A program made the translations under genes and the position numbers. This document shows positions 1 to 9,939 of a stretch of 64,000 nucleotides of DNA, one piece after another. This DNA comes from Phycisphaeraceae bacterium (GTDB taxonomy: Bacteria > Planctomycetota > Phycisphaerae > Phycisphaerales > Phycisphaeraceae): NCBI GenBank assembly GCA_963674705.1, contig OY771506.1, positions 2,080,001-2,144,000 of the forward strand, given 5' to 3'. The notes under the pieces were generated by a model, which ran no database searches, was not told where the DNA came from, and saw only the letters and a list, made by a program, of their open reading frames with translations. Position 1 is the stretch's first letter. Each line of letters begins with the position of its first letter.

Positions 1-826
1 GCATACTGCCTTGACGCTCGCTCCAAGTCTCCTGGCAGATGAAAGTGCATATACCACGGAATCGACACCGGTGCGCTCAATCACCATCCAATTGAATAAG
101 CATGACTACAACATCATCCTGACAGACGAGCAGGCAAAGGTGAATATCAACGCACTTCTGGCAAATCGTGGCCGAGAGGCGGCGCGTTCGTTTGCTGTCA
201 AGCAACTTGCTGATTACCCGAACTTCATGGGTGTTTATCTGCCTGTCACTACGGACCAGTCTGATGAACAACAAGATCATGGTAAGAATGAATTGCCGCG
301 AACGATCATTGGATTCAATCATCTATTACCTGACTTCGATCCGGATGAGTTGTTGAAGGAGCAGGCAGCTCCGTTTGATGCGCTGACGTGTTGGGGTGAT
401 GGTCGGATCAATATTAAGCTCGCACCGGAGACATTGCTCAAAGAGGTTGCTTCGCCATTGCTTGGCTCGATACAGATCAAACGACTGCACGACATCACTG
501 CGGAAAACGATGACATCACACTTCAGCAGGCACTTACTGATATCGGTGTCGAAGAGAAGAACATCCCGGCATTGCTGAAGCGTATGACGATGGATTCGCG
601 TTGCTTCGGTGTCTGGATCATGATGGATGATGGTAGACGCGATTGGTGTGAATTCAGCGTCATCGAGTTGGCTTCCAATGCAGAAGATAAGCGGGTTGAT
701 GTGACAGGGACTAATCATGAAGAACGATTAAGGGCAGAAGCGGTCGATGTGAATAACATCGGCGATACATCCGACTTCGTACAGTCGAGCGATGCATACC
801 CGAGGCTCCGAGTATTTGAGTGGTAG
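1..826 (+). CDS. Type II secretion GspK-like minor pseudopilin, probably 5'-partial
   Basis: 'DEQAKVNINAL' and 'GDGRINIKLAPETLL' resemble the two 'ININ.A' motifs of GspK; lies upstream of GspL/M-like genes. Confidence 0.6.
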   Translation, partial: HTALTLAPSLLADESAYTTESTPVRSITIQLNKHDYNIILTDEQAKVNINALLANRGREAARSFAVKQLADYPNFMGVYLPVTTDQSDEQQDHGKNELPRTIIGFNHLLPDFDPDELLKEQAAPFDALTCWGDGRINIKLAPETLLKEVASPLLGSIQIKRLHDITAENDDITLQQALTDIGVEEKNIPALLKRMTMDSRCFGVWIMMDDGRRDWCEFSVIELASNAEDKRVDVTGTNHEERLRAEAVDVNNIGDTSDFVQSSDAYPRLRVFEW

Positions 827-830
827 TTGC

Positions 831-1382
831 ATGAACCTGAAACGTCGTAAACAGTTCTGCTGGCTTCTTGCCGTGCTCTTGATGGCCGGGGGTGTCGCGG
901 TTGTGTGTTTGGCGTTTGTGTTGCCTTACGCTCAGCCAGATACCATTGAAGTGAAGACCAAGGCGGTTCAACGAAAAGCCGGGCAACAGCAAGACAGAGC
1001 TGTTGAGCTAGAGCAGTTTACGGGTCTGTGGGATAAGAACCTGCGTCCGCCGTTGATTGATGCGCCCAAGGAAGTTGTGCCTGAGAACACACAAGCGAAT
1101 GTGCCGAAGCCCAAACGCCCGGATATCAAACTGATCGGGTTTGCCATCGAATCCGAGGGTTCATTGGCGATGCTCAAAGCGCCGGACAATTCAATCGCCT
1201 TTGTGGGCGTCGGTGAAGAACTGCAGGGGGTGACGGTGCATGCGATCACCGCAGAAGGCGTCACTTTGGACTTCAACGGGGATCGGTACTTGCTACCGAT
1301 CGACGAAGAGGCGGACGCGGCCCGACCGACACCTAATATTCGCCGGGCCGATCGGCGCAGTGAAAGGCCGGTGAGGTACTGA
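831..1382 (+). CDS. T2SS GspC/PilP-like single-pass membrane protein
   Basis: N-terminal TM helix, Pro-rich linker, C-terminal 'KLIGFAI..ALA...VGVGE.LQGV.V..I' beta domain; operon context. Confidence 0.55.
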   Translation: MNLKRRKQFCWLLAVLLMAGGVAVVCLAFVLPYAQPDTIEVKTKAVQRKAGQQQDRAVELEQFTGLWDKNLRPPLIDAPKEVVPENTQANVPKPKRPDIKLIGFAIESEGSLAMLKAPDNSIAFVGVGEELQGVTVHAITAEGVTLDFNGDRYLLPIDEEADAARPTPNIRRADRRSERPVRY

Positions 1383-2746
1383 TGATGACACGCGCCGTGA
1401 TATTCCTGGATGATGAGACCTGGCGCATCGTTCTGACGAACGCGGTCGACAGCGATACCGATGTCATTCGTGTCAATGGCGATATCCCGGAAGCAGGTAA
1501 GGCCGATCAAGTCTATGAGTATTTACAACAAGCGGGTTGTCTCGATCGGCCGGTGATTCTTGCATTGCCATCTTCATGGTGTGCAGCCGGTACGGTCTCT
1601 CTGGATGATCTACCGCGCAAAGATCGGCGTGAAGCCCTGGCGTATCGCCTTGAAGAAGTGCTGCCCGTGGCTGCGGAACACTTTTCTGCAGACTTTATAT
1701 TTCACAAGCATGAAGCGCTGGGTGTATGCGCGATCCATGAAAAGATCAGGCCCATTGTTGATGCGTTTGAAGCGCGGAATATATCAATCCATACGATCGT
1801 GCCCGCGGCACTACTGATCGCGCAAGCGTATTCAAAGGATAAGCAGGATTCGAACGCCAATGTCCTTATCTGGCGGCACGACGACTGGTGTGATGTGATC
1901 ATGCTTGATGAGAAGCGCCAAAACGCGGTTGGCTGGTCAATGCTGTCGGATGAACCTGAATCGGTGTTGCTGCATCTGAATATGTGTGCGCTTCGTAATC
2001 GGACAGTTCGCGGCGTGGTGTTGTTAGATGATCAATCGAGTCCTGGTGTCGACTATTCTAGCTGCGTGCCTGAAGCGATTGGCCTGAACCGCGTGGAAGA
2101 TGATCCGTATCTGGCTGGGACCGAGTTGGCGGATCAGATATTGCATGGGCAGGTTGAATCCTGGATCGATCTGAAAGATGAGACACTCGGGGGTGTGGGT
2201 TGGGTGAAGCAGATCGGTAAGCCTTTCAAGGCGGTGCTGGTGGCAACCTTGTTACTGTTGTTGTGTGTGAACGGTGCGTTACTGTGGCGGGCGGGGCAAT
2301 ACGACAAGCTTGCGGACGATTACCGTGCTAAAGAGCGTGCCATCTATGAAGACCTGCACCCGGGGCAGGCGCCACCGCTGGCGATCAATATGCGTCTGGC
2401 GGGTGAATTAAGGAAGCACCGCGGGATGCAGGGGCAATCCGAATCACTTCCCGATCCACCTGCGACGTTGTCATTATTGCATGATGTACTCGGCAAGCTA
2501 CCCACCGAGATACGGCTGCGAATACTCGAGCTGCGCATCGAGGATGACCAGGTGTACCTGGATATGCAGAGCCGGTCTCAACCGGATGTGGCGGCAATCA
2601 AAAACGCGCTTGATGGCGGGGGGATACGTGCGGAAGTGATGCATGCCGATAGATTGCAGGGCGAGTCGGGCTTTGGCTTCATGATTGTTGTTAGCCAGGA
2701 AGAGGCTTCGGCTTCCGCAGGTGATCGGAAGGAGGGGGGCGCATGA
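1382..2746 (+). CDS. T2SS GspL/PilMN-like protein
   Basis: Cytoplasmic domain 'ALAYRLEEVLP', one TM helix near aa 285-303, periplasmic C-terminus; start overlaps upstream stop. Confidence 0.65.
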   Translation: MMTRAVIFLDDETWRIVLTNAVDSDTDVIRVNGDIPEAGKADQVYEYLQQAGCLDRPVILALPSSWCAAGTVSLDDLPRKDRREALAYRLEEVLPVAAEHFSADFIFHKHEALGVCAIHEKIRPIVDAFEARNISIHTIVPAALLIAQAYSKDKQDSNANVLIWRHDDWCDVIMLDEKRQNAVGWSMLSDEPESVLLHLNMCALRNRTVRGVVLLDDQSSPGVDYSSCVPEAIGLNRVEDDPYLAGTELADQILHGQVESWIDLKDETLGGVGWVKQIGKPFKAVLVATLLLLLCVNGALLWRAGQYDKLADDYRAKERAIYEDLHPGQAPPLAINMRLAGELRKHRGMQGQSESLPDPPATLSLLHDVLGKLPTEIRLRILELRIEDDQVYLDMQSRSQPDVAAIKNALDGGGIRAEVMHADRLQGESGFGFMIVVSQEEASASAGDRKEGGA

Positions 2747-3276
2747 ACCGCGATTCTGGTTTTAGTCGAGAGGCACTTCTGGTGGCCGCTGCCGGGCTGG
2801 CGCTATTGATGGTCACGTTCTGGAGTTATGGTCGATTCGGCGCAGCTCGTCAACGAGCGATTGAAGATGGCGACGCCTGGGCGCAGAGCGATTTACTGTC
2901 AGGACAGATCAAGACGCTGCGCGATCAACCGGCGCTTGCCAACGATCGCGCGCTTCAACAAGACGATATGACCCAGCGCATCGCCGATGCCGCCGCTTCC
3001 GCATCCCTGGATGAAAAGAAACTGATCGCTGTCGAACACCAGAAAGCCCGTCGGATCGGTCGGACCGCTTATCTGGAAGAACCGACCCGACTCACATTCA
3101 AGGATGTATCGTTAAAAGAAGTCTTGACATCATTGTATGCGTTAACCGGAGACGACCCCCGGCTGCATGTGTCATACCTGAGGCTCGCAGCACCGCGAGG
3201 AGAAGGTGACCCCATGCTCTGGTCTGCGGATGTAACCGTTACCTACCTGATCTATGACCCTATTGCTAAACCTTAA
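2743..3276 (+). CDS. T2SS GspM/PilO-like protein
   Basis: N-terminal TM helix, coiled coil, ferredoxin-like C-terminus; ATGA overlap with GspL-like gene. Confidence 0.55.
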   Translation: MNRDSGFSREALLVAAAGLALLMVTFWSYGRFGAARQRAIEDGDAWAQSDLLSGQIKTLRDQPALANDRALQQDDMTQRIADAAASASLDEKKLIAVEHQKARRIGRTAYLEEPTRLTFKDVSLKEVLTSLYALTGDDPRLHVSYLRLAAPRGEGDPMLWSADVTVTYLIYDPIAKP

Positions 3277-3285
3277 ACGCTTAGA

Positions 3286-3915
3286 TTGATGGATGTTCTC
3301 ATGAAGTATTCAAGAGTATGTTTACGTATGTTGATGGCAGCGATGTTTGTCTGTGTCAGCGGATGCAAGACCCAACAAGCAGGGGTCGGTGCAAGCACAG
3401 GTAACTACGAGACCGTCGCCCGCGATTCGCTGCACGACACCGAGGCGGCCAAGAAACACAACGCTACTGGCTTAGAGGCACTTGAACAGGGCAATTTCGA
3501 TGAAGCGCAGCAAGCGTTTGAAAAGGCCCTTGAAGCCGATGTGATGTTCGGTCCGGCCCACAACAACCTCGGCCAAGTCTATTACGCGCAGAAGCTTTAC
3601 TACAAGGCCGCGTGGGAATACCAGTACGCAATCAAGCTTATGCCGAATCAGCCCGAACCTAGGTGCAACCTGGGTCTGGTCTACGAGGCGGTGGGTAAAC
3701 TCGATGACGCGGTTGTGCAGTACGACGAGGCTCACGAGTTAGAACCCGATAACGCAATTTTCATCGGCAACAACGCCCGAACACGCATCAAACGGGGCGA
3801 CAAGGATGAGCATGTGAAAGCCCTGTTGTCGGAACTCATTATGAAGGACACACGTTCGGAATGGGTCGCCTGGGCGGAGAAGAAGTTGGCACTCATGTCA
3901 GGCGGACAGCCGTAG
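3286..3915 (+). CDS. TPR lipoprotein (PilF/pilotin-like)
   Basis: Lipobox-like 'VSGC'; TPR motifs 'AHNNLGQVY' and 'RCNLGLVY'. Confidence 0.75.
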   Translation: MMDVLMKYSRVCLRMLMAAMFVCVSGCKTQQAGVGASTGNYETVARDSLHDTEAAKKHNATGLEALEQGNFDEAQQAFEKALEADVMFGPAHNNLGQVYYAQKLYYKAAWEYQYAIKLMPNQPEPRCNLGLVYEAVGKLDDAVVQYDEAHELEPDNAIFIGNNARTRIKRGDKDEHVKALLSELIMKDTRSEWVAWAEKKLALMSGGQP

Positions 3916-4018
3916 GTAGGGTTTGACGGCCGAGAATACTTACATGCAATATCAATTGCATTAATCAAGACTTGATCTAGTGAGGAATCGGACTGTCGGT
4001 AGTTGGGTGGGGACTTTG

Positions 4019-5394
4019 TAGAGTGGTCCAAACCCTCTTCGGGAAGTGGGGTATGATTTTTTTGTGGTGCTGGCCCGCTGAATTTCAGATTTCTTTAAGA
4101 CAAATCGGGGGTGTTTGGGGTGGGGGCCTGCTGGCGATTGGGTCGGCGGAGGGGGCCAGGTAAATCGGCGTCGACTGGCAATCCCCCGGGGGTGGTCCAT
4201 AATGTTGGGCAGTTGCCAATACTGGACTTAGGGGAGTGGAGAAGATGTTGCCGCGTTGGGTGTTTGTGCTGTTTACCTTGCTTACTGAGGCCTGGTCGGT
4301 CCGCCGAGATAACCAGATCCGGTTTCTGAAACTCCAGCTCGAACTGTATAAGGGGAAGGTGCCGGGTAGCCGTGTGATCCTGTCGCCGGAAGAGCGTCAT
4401 CGCATGCTTCGGTTGGGCAAGAAGCTGGAGCATAAAGTAGATGATCTCGTCGGGATCGTGACTGTCAAGACCTATAAGCGGTGGCTGCGTGAGCAACAAG
4501 GTGGTCGAGAGCCGGGTCGAGTTGGTCGGCCTCGGAAGATCACCGCGTCGGTGCGTGCATTGATCCTGCGCTTGGCCAGGGAGAATACCGGCTGGGGCGT
4601 GCGTCGAATCGTGGGGGAGCTGCGGAAGCTGGCGCTGTCGCCCAGCCGTAGTTCTGTGCGGCGCGTGCTGGTCGATGAAGGGTTGATGCCTGACCCTGAC
4701 CGCCATGCGCCCAAAGGTGTGACCACGCCGTGGCGGACGTTCATCTCGGCGCACCTGAACACGATGGTGGCAGCAGACTTCTTCTGCAAGAAAATCTGGA
4801 CGGTCACGGGAACCCACATGGCTTACTGCCTGGTGTTCATCCACCTGGGGAGCCGCCGGGTGTTTGTGAGTCCCGCAACGTATCATCCGACCGGCGAGTG
4901 GGTGCAGCAGCAGGCGAGGAATATGATCATGTGGTTGGAGGACGAAGGCCTGGGCTTTGACTTTCCCATTCATGACCGTGACACCAAGTTCACGGAGCAA
5001 TTCGACACCTTCTTCGATAACACCATTCGGGCGGTCGTCAGGACACCCTACCAGTCTCCTATCGCCAACTGCTTCGTCGAATCGTGGATTGGGACATTGA
5101 AGCGAGAGTGCCTGAATCAATTCTTCTGCTTCAGCCTGGGGCACCTGGACCACATCGTACAGGTCTACGCGAACTATTATAATGTGCTGCGCCCGCACCA
5201 GTCGCTGGGCAACGTGCAGTTGAACCGAGTGGGGGAGCCCCCGCCCCCAGCGACGGATGATGAACTCGGTACGATCCGCCGCCACGCATACCTCGGCGGA
5301 TTGCTCAACCACTACGAGCGGAAAGCTGCATGATTCTCGGGAAAAACGGGCCGAGCCCGACAATATGGACCGCCCCCGGCTATGGACCACTTCA
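4019..5394 (+). mobile_element. Insertion sequence, rve/DDE type, copy 1
   Basis: Outer ends TAGAGTGGTCCA / TGGACCACTTCA; inner 23-bp inverted repeat 4188-4210 / 5355-5377 (20/23 match); homologous to 23046-24469 and 33738-35180. Confidence 0.85.
4236..5333 (+). CDS. Integrase-core (rve) transposase
   Basis: HTH-like 'ENTGWGVRRIVGEL'; DDE motifs 'ADFF', 'HDRDTKF', 'ESWIGTLKRECL'; 'YN..RPHQ'. Confidence 0.9.
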   Translation: MEKMLPRWVFVLFTLLTEAWSVRRDNQIRFLKLQLELYKGKVPGSRVILSPEERHRMLRLGKKLEHKVDDLVGIVTVKTYKRWLREQQGGREPGRVGRPRKITASVRALILRLARENTGWGVRRIVGELRKLALSPSRSSVRRVLVDEGLMPDPDRHAPKGVTTPWRTFISAHLNTMVAADFFCKKIWTVTGTHMAYCLVFIHLGSRRVFVSPATYHPTGEWVQQQARNMIMWLEDEGLGFDFPIHDRDTKFTEQFDTFFDNTIRAVVRTPYQSPIANCFVESWIGTLKRECLNQFFCFSLGHLDHIVQVYANYYNVLRPHQSLGNVQLNRVGEPPPPATDDELGTIRRHAYLGGLLNHYERKAA

Positions 5395-5698
5395 GGTCCG
5401 GCCGAAGCAGCCCTACATCAACTGGGCGAATTCCTTTGACTATGGCGGCCCGGAGTACGACCCGGATCATCATCAGGCGAAGGTCTTCCTGATCGATGAA
5501 GTGACAGATACGCGTGATACCAAGAAAGTCGTGCGCCGTCTATGGCCAGCGATCTTTGAAGAAGAACTCAACAGTTAGATGCGCGATCCGGATACATGGC
5601 CACCGCAACGAACACTGAAGATCTTCCTCGAGTGGTTTGAGGTTGAAGCCTGCGACCTCGTCCTTGATCTGGGCAAAAAGCCAATTGATTACGACTGA
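5395..5698 (+). pseudogene. Small hypothetical gene, 5'-truncated by the IS and with an internal TAG
   Basis: Frame reads VRPKQPYINWANS...IFEEELNS*MRDPDTWPPQRTLKIFLEWFEVE...; in-frame TAG at 5576-5578; begins at the IS right end. Confidence 0.6.
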
Positions 5699-5918
5699 AT
5701 CAGCCGGTAGAAAGGCGGGTTTGTCCGTCGGCTTAGTTTTGAACCCTACGAGCTTCGTCTTTGCCTCGCCACGGGGCTTCTACGTGTGTCAAAGAGCCAT
5801 CGAAAATGCCTCGATTATGCAGTCACAAACCGTCGGGCCACTACAACCACTTCAGCCTGAAGTGACGAGAACTCGCGCAGATAAATACAGAATGTCGTGG
5901 CAAATAGCACGGTGTGTT

Positions 5919-6578
5919 TTACGGATCGAACTGCATCACGCCATTGCTGATCGTACCCGTTACGACCAGTGACGATTCACCGTCATCGACCGTAACCACA
6001 GCACGCCAGATGCCGGTCGCGTTGTTGGTAAAGGTGAACCGGCCGAGCGCCACCGTACCCGTGTCGTCTGTCGAGTCGGTGGGACCGAACCAGCTTACAT
6101 CCAACTCGGACGAATCAAATTGTTGCGTGTCACCGCCGGCATCCCCACCGGCGCCAGCGGTTGACGCGTTGTGACCGTTTGCGTGGATGTGGGTGTCATA
6201 CTCTGACGATGGCAACATTGAGAACAACGAACTCGAAGGCTGCTGCGAAGTTTGGCCATTGTACATTTTAAAACCGTTGGCGGTAGCGACGAAGCCTTCT
6301 GTCTCCTGGTAGATCGAGCCGTTTGTCAGTTCAACAAGCATCGCTGCGGCGTGCCAGTCGTCAGTTGTACTGATTGTTAGGTCCTGGCAGACGTAGTTGT
6401 CCAGGTTCCCGATGACGGCGCCGGGCGTGCCACCGGGGTATTCGATGCCGTCCACGATGTTGGTGCCTGTGGGAATGGTAACGGCGGTCAGTGCAAAGGT
6501 GACCTGCGCCGAGGCCTGAGCCGAGGCAACCAGCGTGGAAAGGGCGACGGCAAGTGAGAGAATCGTTCGTTTATACAT
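5919..6578 (-). CDS. Secreted hypothetical protein
   Basis: Signal peptide ending 'ASAQASA'; GGAG RBS; beta-rich composition. Confidence 0.8.
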   Translation of the reverse strand: MYKRTILSLAVALSTLVASAQASAQVTFALTAVTIPTGTNIVDGIEYPGGTPGAVIGNLDNYVCQDLTISTTDDWHAAAMLVELTNGSIYQETEGFVATANGFKMYNGQTSQQPSSSLFSMLPSSEYDTHIHANGHNASTAGAGGDAGGDTQQFDSSELDVSWFGPTDSTDDTGTVALGRFTFTNNATGIWRAVVTVDDGESSLVVTGTISNGVMQFDP

Positions 6579-6658
6579 AGCATGCTCCTGTATATAATTA
6601 AATGTGGTGGTGATGTTATAAGTAGTTGTATGGTTTTGCGATAACTATGACGCGTGCT

Positions 6659-9600
6659 TTATGGGAAAGACGGTGGAGTGCCTTGATTCCAGTTGTTTAG
6701 GATGACGTCCAGATCATCTAGGCCGACATAGCCATCTCCCGAGGGATCTGCATGTGGATCAGCACTAGGATCGTTAATCGGATCAGCCGGGTGAACATAC
6801 AGGTTCCAGTTATTCAGGACAATGTCTAGATCGTCAAGGCCTACATAGCCGTCGCGGTTTAGGTCACCGACGACAGGGACTGCTAAACGGTCATGTTTAA
6901 GGACACCTGTACCACGCGTAGCAATATAGAGGCCGCCTTCGTTCTCACCCTGATGGACGTGCATCATCCACGCACGCCGATTATCGGGTTGAACATCCGC
7001 ATCAAGTGGCAACCAGTTTGTAGCGGTAGTAAGCATCGAGACGCCTTCGCTGAAGTCACACGCGTACAATTGAGGGCTTGCGGAGACGGCATAGCCGGGC
7101 CCTAACTTATCGTAATCACCATCACGAAGGGCGTAGGCTTGTTTAGCAGACACATCAACCGCCACACCTCCGAAGCCTACCTGGCCGTCGCCGTCAAGTA
7201 CTTTGGTATAATTATCACCCGCATCAGTGCTGATATAAAGACCAGCATTAGCAGAAACTAACACAATTGTTGCATGATTCGTGCTATCAGCGTATATCGC
7301 AATATCACTACAATTACCACAATCGCTAATGACCTTTTTCACTTTCCATCCGTCAGCGGTATCAGTCCAGTCACCATATCCTGTGACGCCACTCGCTAGT
7401 TTTACAGCAGTCCAGATTCCTGCACTTCTGTCGTAATCCGAACCAGTACCTGGTTCTGTATACTTCCATGTCCCGATGATTAAACGGTAATCCTCAAGAG
7501 ATGTCCCATCATTATTGGGGTTCGCATTGTGTGGAATCGCTTGTATATTTGTCACGGATTCCGTCTTAAGTGAACCTACCGCGTTATTGTTGAATTTGAG
7601 TATTTGCGTCCAACTAGATCCGTTGTCGGAAGACTGATACACACCCGATTGTGAACGTAATGTGATATCAATAGGTTCCTTGTCCTCATCGACTTCGATT
7701 TTTTGCACGGTTCCTAGCCAGAGCGGCGAATACAGGTCATTCGTATCGGCGGTCATATCCCAGTATTCGAGACCATCACAGGGTAGATTGCCCGCTACAT
7801 TGCCGGGGTTGTAGTGACCGCCACCCACGAGTACCCATGTACTGCCTGCATTTGTCGACTTAAATAACCCACTCAAGCCACTGGCACCGGCAGTACTATC
7901 ATTTGCACTGGCATAAATAGCATTTGTGTTCTGGCTATCGGTGTGAAACTTGACAAAGAAACCATCGCTTGCATAGCCATAGATATCTTCAAGTGTAATA
8001 GGATTTTGGCCGATAACCACTTTCATGCCACCCGCGTGCTCTTTGAAGTAGTAATTTCCATTTACTTCAATTGCTTCTAATATCCCGCGATCACCTTGCG
8101 ACATGAAGATTTTATCGGGATCGTCCGGTTTTGTGGTTACGTGGCGAACTGTGGTGTTAACCATACCACGGTTTGCCCACTCATCATTGGCCCCGTTTTG
8201 CGTACTATACTCCTGGCTCCAACCGTAATTAGCCGGATCTGTGAAGTGAGGAACGATTTCTTCCCCATTTTGTGTTACATAAAAAAAGTTACTTGCGCTT
8301 CGGAAGAAGCTACCACTCTTACCAGCCCAGATACATCCATTACCATTTGTGGGGTTATATGCATAGTACAGTGAGTGGGGGTTGTTGCGGAGCGGTTTAC
8401 TCTGTTGCCAGCCGGCATCCCAGTCGGTGTCATTCACAGCGGTATAACACGTTTTCCACATGCCACCGCTTTTTACATTGTTGCCGTTATACGAATACTG
8501 AATTGTAGTTTCGCCCGCAGTTGAGGCGCCGATGAAAACATAATTGCCCCATATTTGATTACCTCTACTTACATAATCCATCAAGGAAGAGTCGTTGGCC
8601 ATGGACTTTTCATCAATGGCGATCGCGTTCCATTCGACGACAAACGATCCTGAAGAATCCGGATGGCCCTCACCATCATGATATTGCAGTACATTTTGAA
8701 CACGGAACCACTTATAAGTTGGTGGAGTAGTAGGAGGATCAGTATCCTCTTTCCATCTGTAATACCCACCAGGTACTTTGAATTTTGGATCTGACTCATA
8801 TGTATTGGGATCTAGATATTGGTCTCCACCGTTCTTTTCGTAATCGATACCTTTGACGATGACTCTGGCATCTGTATCAAAGTTATCGGGATTCACAATA
8901 ATATCGTTGCAGTGCAGGTTGACGATGAATCCGTCACCGTCTAAGCCATTTGAACGCTCCTCCCAACTGGTACCACCGTTATTAGAGTAGAAGACGCCGT
9001 CTTCGGTGCATACCCAGAGTTGATCTACATTTGCTTGATTAGCCACAATTTTGTATGTCGTCGCCACCCAATCTGGATCTGTTGGCTTCAAACGGCTAGA
9101 TGTCCAAATACCTGAATCAGTGGTCGAATCCACTGGGTTATCGACACCCGGTGTACAGTCATACTTCCAGATATTCCCCGTTGCATGAGAGAGTACAGTC
9201 GATTTTACCAGCAAGCTGCCACATCCGGCATATACCCGAAGTTTATTTCCGCTATCATAGCGCACAACACTGATCGTACTAACCTTGGACAGATTATTAA
9301 ACATATCCTCTACAGGCAAGGTATCAGGGTCCGAATTCAAAGGGACATCCATGATACGCTCATTATCTGCTTCACTGCCCAGTCGTTTCCACGTGGTGTA
9401 TTCGTCGTCCTCGCTGTTGTAGCTGTAGTAAACACCCGTTTGTGTTGCTATAAAAATACCGATCGGATCCGTTGACGTATCGAACGCGATATCCTGACAG
9501 AACCGGATGCTCCAATTTTGAGTCAGGTACTCGTAATTAGGATTTGTTGAGAAAGCATTAAAACCATTCTGCGTAGTGCGCCATAGGCCAGCCACATCAC

Positions 9601-9763
9601 TTCCGATATATAAACGAGTGGGATTGCCAGCGCCGGTGTCAGGTTCTGACTTTATCAGGTGTATCTGGCCACCGGCTCCCTGTCCCAGTTGCTCCCATTC
9701 AGCAAAGGCTGGGGCGGTGAGTACAAAGCACAATGTTATGGTGTAAATCAAACGAAAGAACAT
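6659..9763 (-). CDS. Large secreted BNR/Asp-box beta-propeller protein with C-terminal dockerin-like domain
   Basis: Signal peptide; Asp-boxes 'SNNGGTSW', 'STNAGSTW', 'SSDNGSSW', 'STDAGDNY'; duplicated 'DGYVGLDDLD.ILNNWN'. Confidence 0.8.
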   Translation of the reverse strand: MFFRLIYTITLCFVLTAPAFAEWEQLGQGAGGQIHLIKSEPDTGAGNPTRLYIGSDVAGLWRTTQNGFNAFSTNPNYEYLTQNWSIRFCQDIAFDTSTDPIGIFIATQTGVYYSYNSEDDEYTTWKRLGSEADNERIMDVPLNSDPDTLPVEDMFNNLSKVSTISVVRYDSGNKLRVYAGCGSLLVKSTVLSHATGNIWKYDCTPGVDNPVDSTTDSGIWTSSRLKPTDPDWVATTYKIVANQANVDQLWVCTEDGVFYSNNGGTSWEERSNGLDGDGFIVNLHCNDIIVNPDNFDTDARVIVKGIDYEKNGGDQYLDPNTYESDPKFKVPGGYYRWKEDTDPPTTPPTYKWFRVQNVLQYHDGEGHPDSSGSFVVEWNAIAIDEKSMANDSSLMDYVSRGNQIWGNYVFIGASTAGETTIQYSYNGNNVKSGGMWKTCYTAVNDTDWDAGWQQSKPLRNNPHSLYYAYNPTNGNGCIWAGKSGSFFRSASNFFYVTQNGEEIVPHFTDPANYGWSQEYSTQNGANDEWANRGMVNTTVRHVTTKPDDPDKIFMSQGDRGILEAIEVNGNYYFKEHAGGMKVVIGQNPITLEDIYGYASDGFFVKFHTDSQNTNAIYASANDSTAGASGLSGLFKSTNAGSTWVLVGGGHYNPGNVAGNLPCDGLEYWDMTADTNDLYSPLWLGTVQKIEVDEDKEPIDITLRSQSGVYQSSDNGSSWTQILKFNNNAVGSLKTESVTNIQAIPHNANPNNDGTSLEDYRLIIGTWKYTEPGTGSDYDRSAGIWTAVKLASGVTGYGDWTDTADGWKVKKVISDCGNCSDIAIYADSTNHATIVLVSANAGLYISTDAGDNYTKVLDGDGQVGFGGVAVDVSAKQAYALRDGDYDKLGPGYAVSASPQLYACDFSEGVSMLTTATNWLPLDADVQPDNRRAWMMHVHQGENEGGLYIATRGTGVLKHDRLAVPVVGDLNRDGYVGLDDLDIVLNNWNLYVHPADPINDPSADPHADPSGDGYVGLDDLDVILNNWNQGTPPSFP

Positions 9764-9939
9764 GTTGTCCTCCGGGCAATATGTGGATTAGTTGGCGAGA
9801 CACGTGCAATTACAGCCCGCGCTCTCTGCTAGACACTTCATTCCATGAATCATAAAGTTATCCCCCTGACCCAATGGAATCAACGGATCAGAACATGCTG
9901 ATGTTCATCAATATCATAGCGATAGCTGATAGCGAGTAT

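Noticed and set aside
4095..5390. Long antisense ORFs over the transposases (also 23143-24333, 33851-34627, 34029-35072)
   Set aside because: Shadow frames of GC-rich genes; no motifs; start and stop differ among copies
5576..5578. Stop-codon readthrough or recoding
   Set aside because: The gene is also IS-truncated, and other genes use TAG as a stop; a nonsense mutation is simpler
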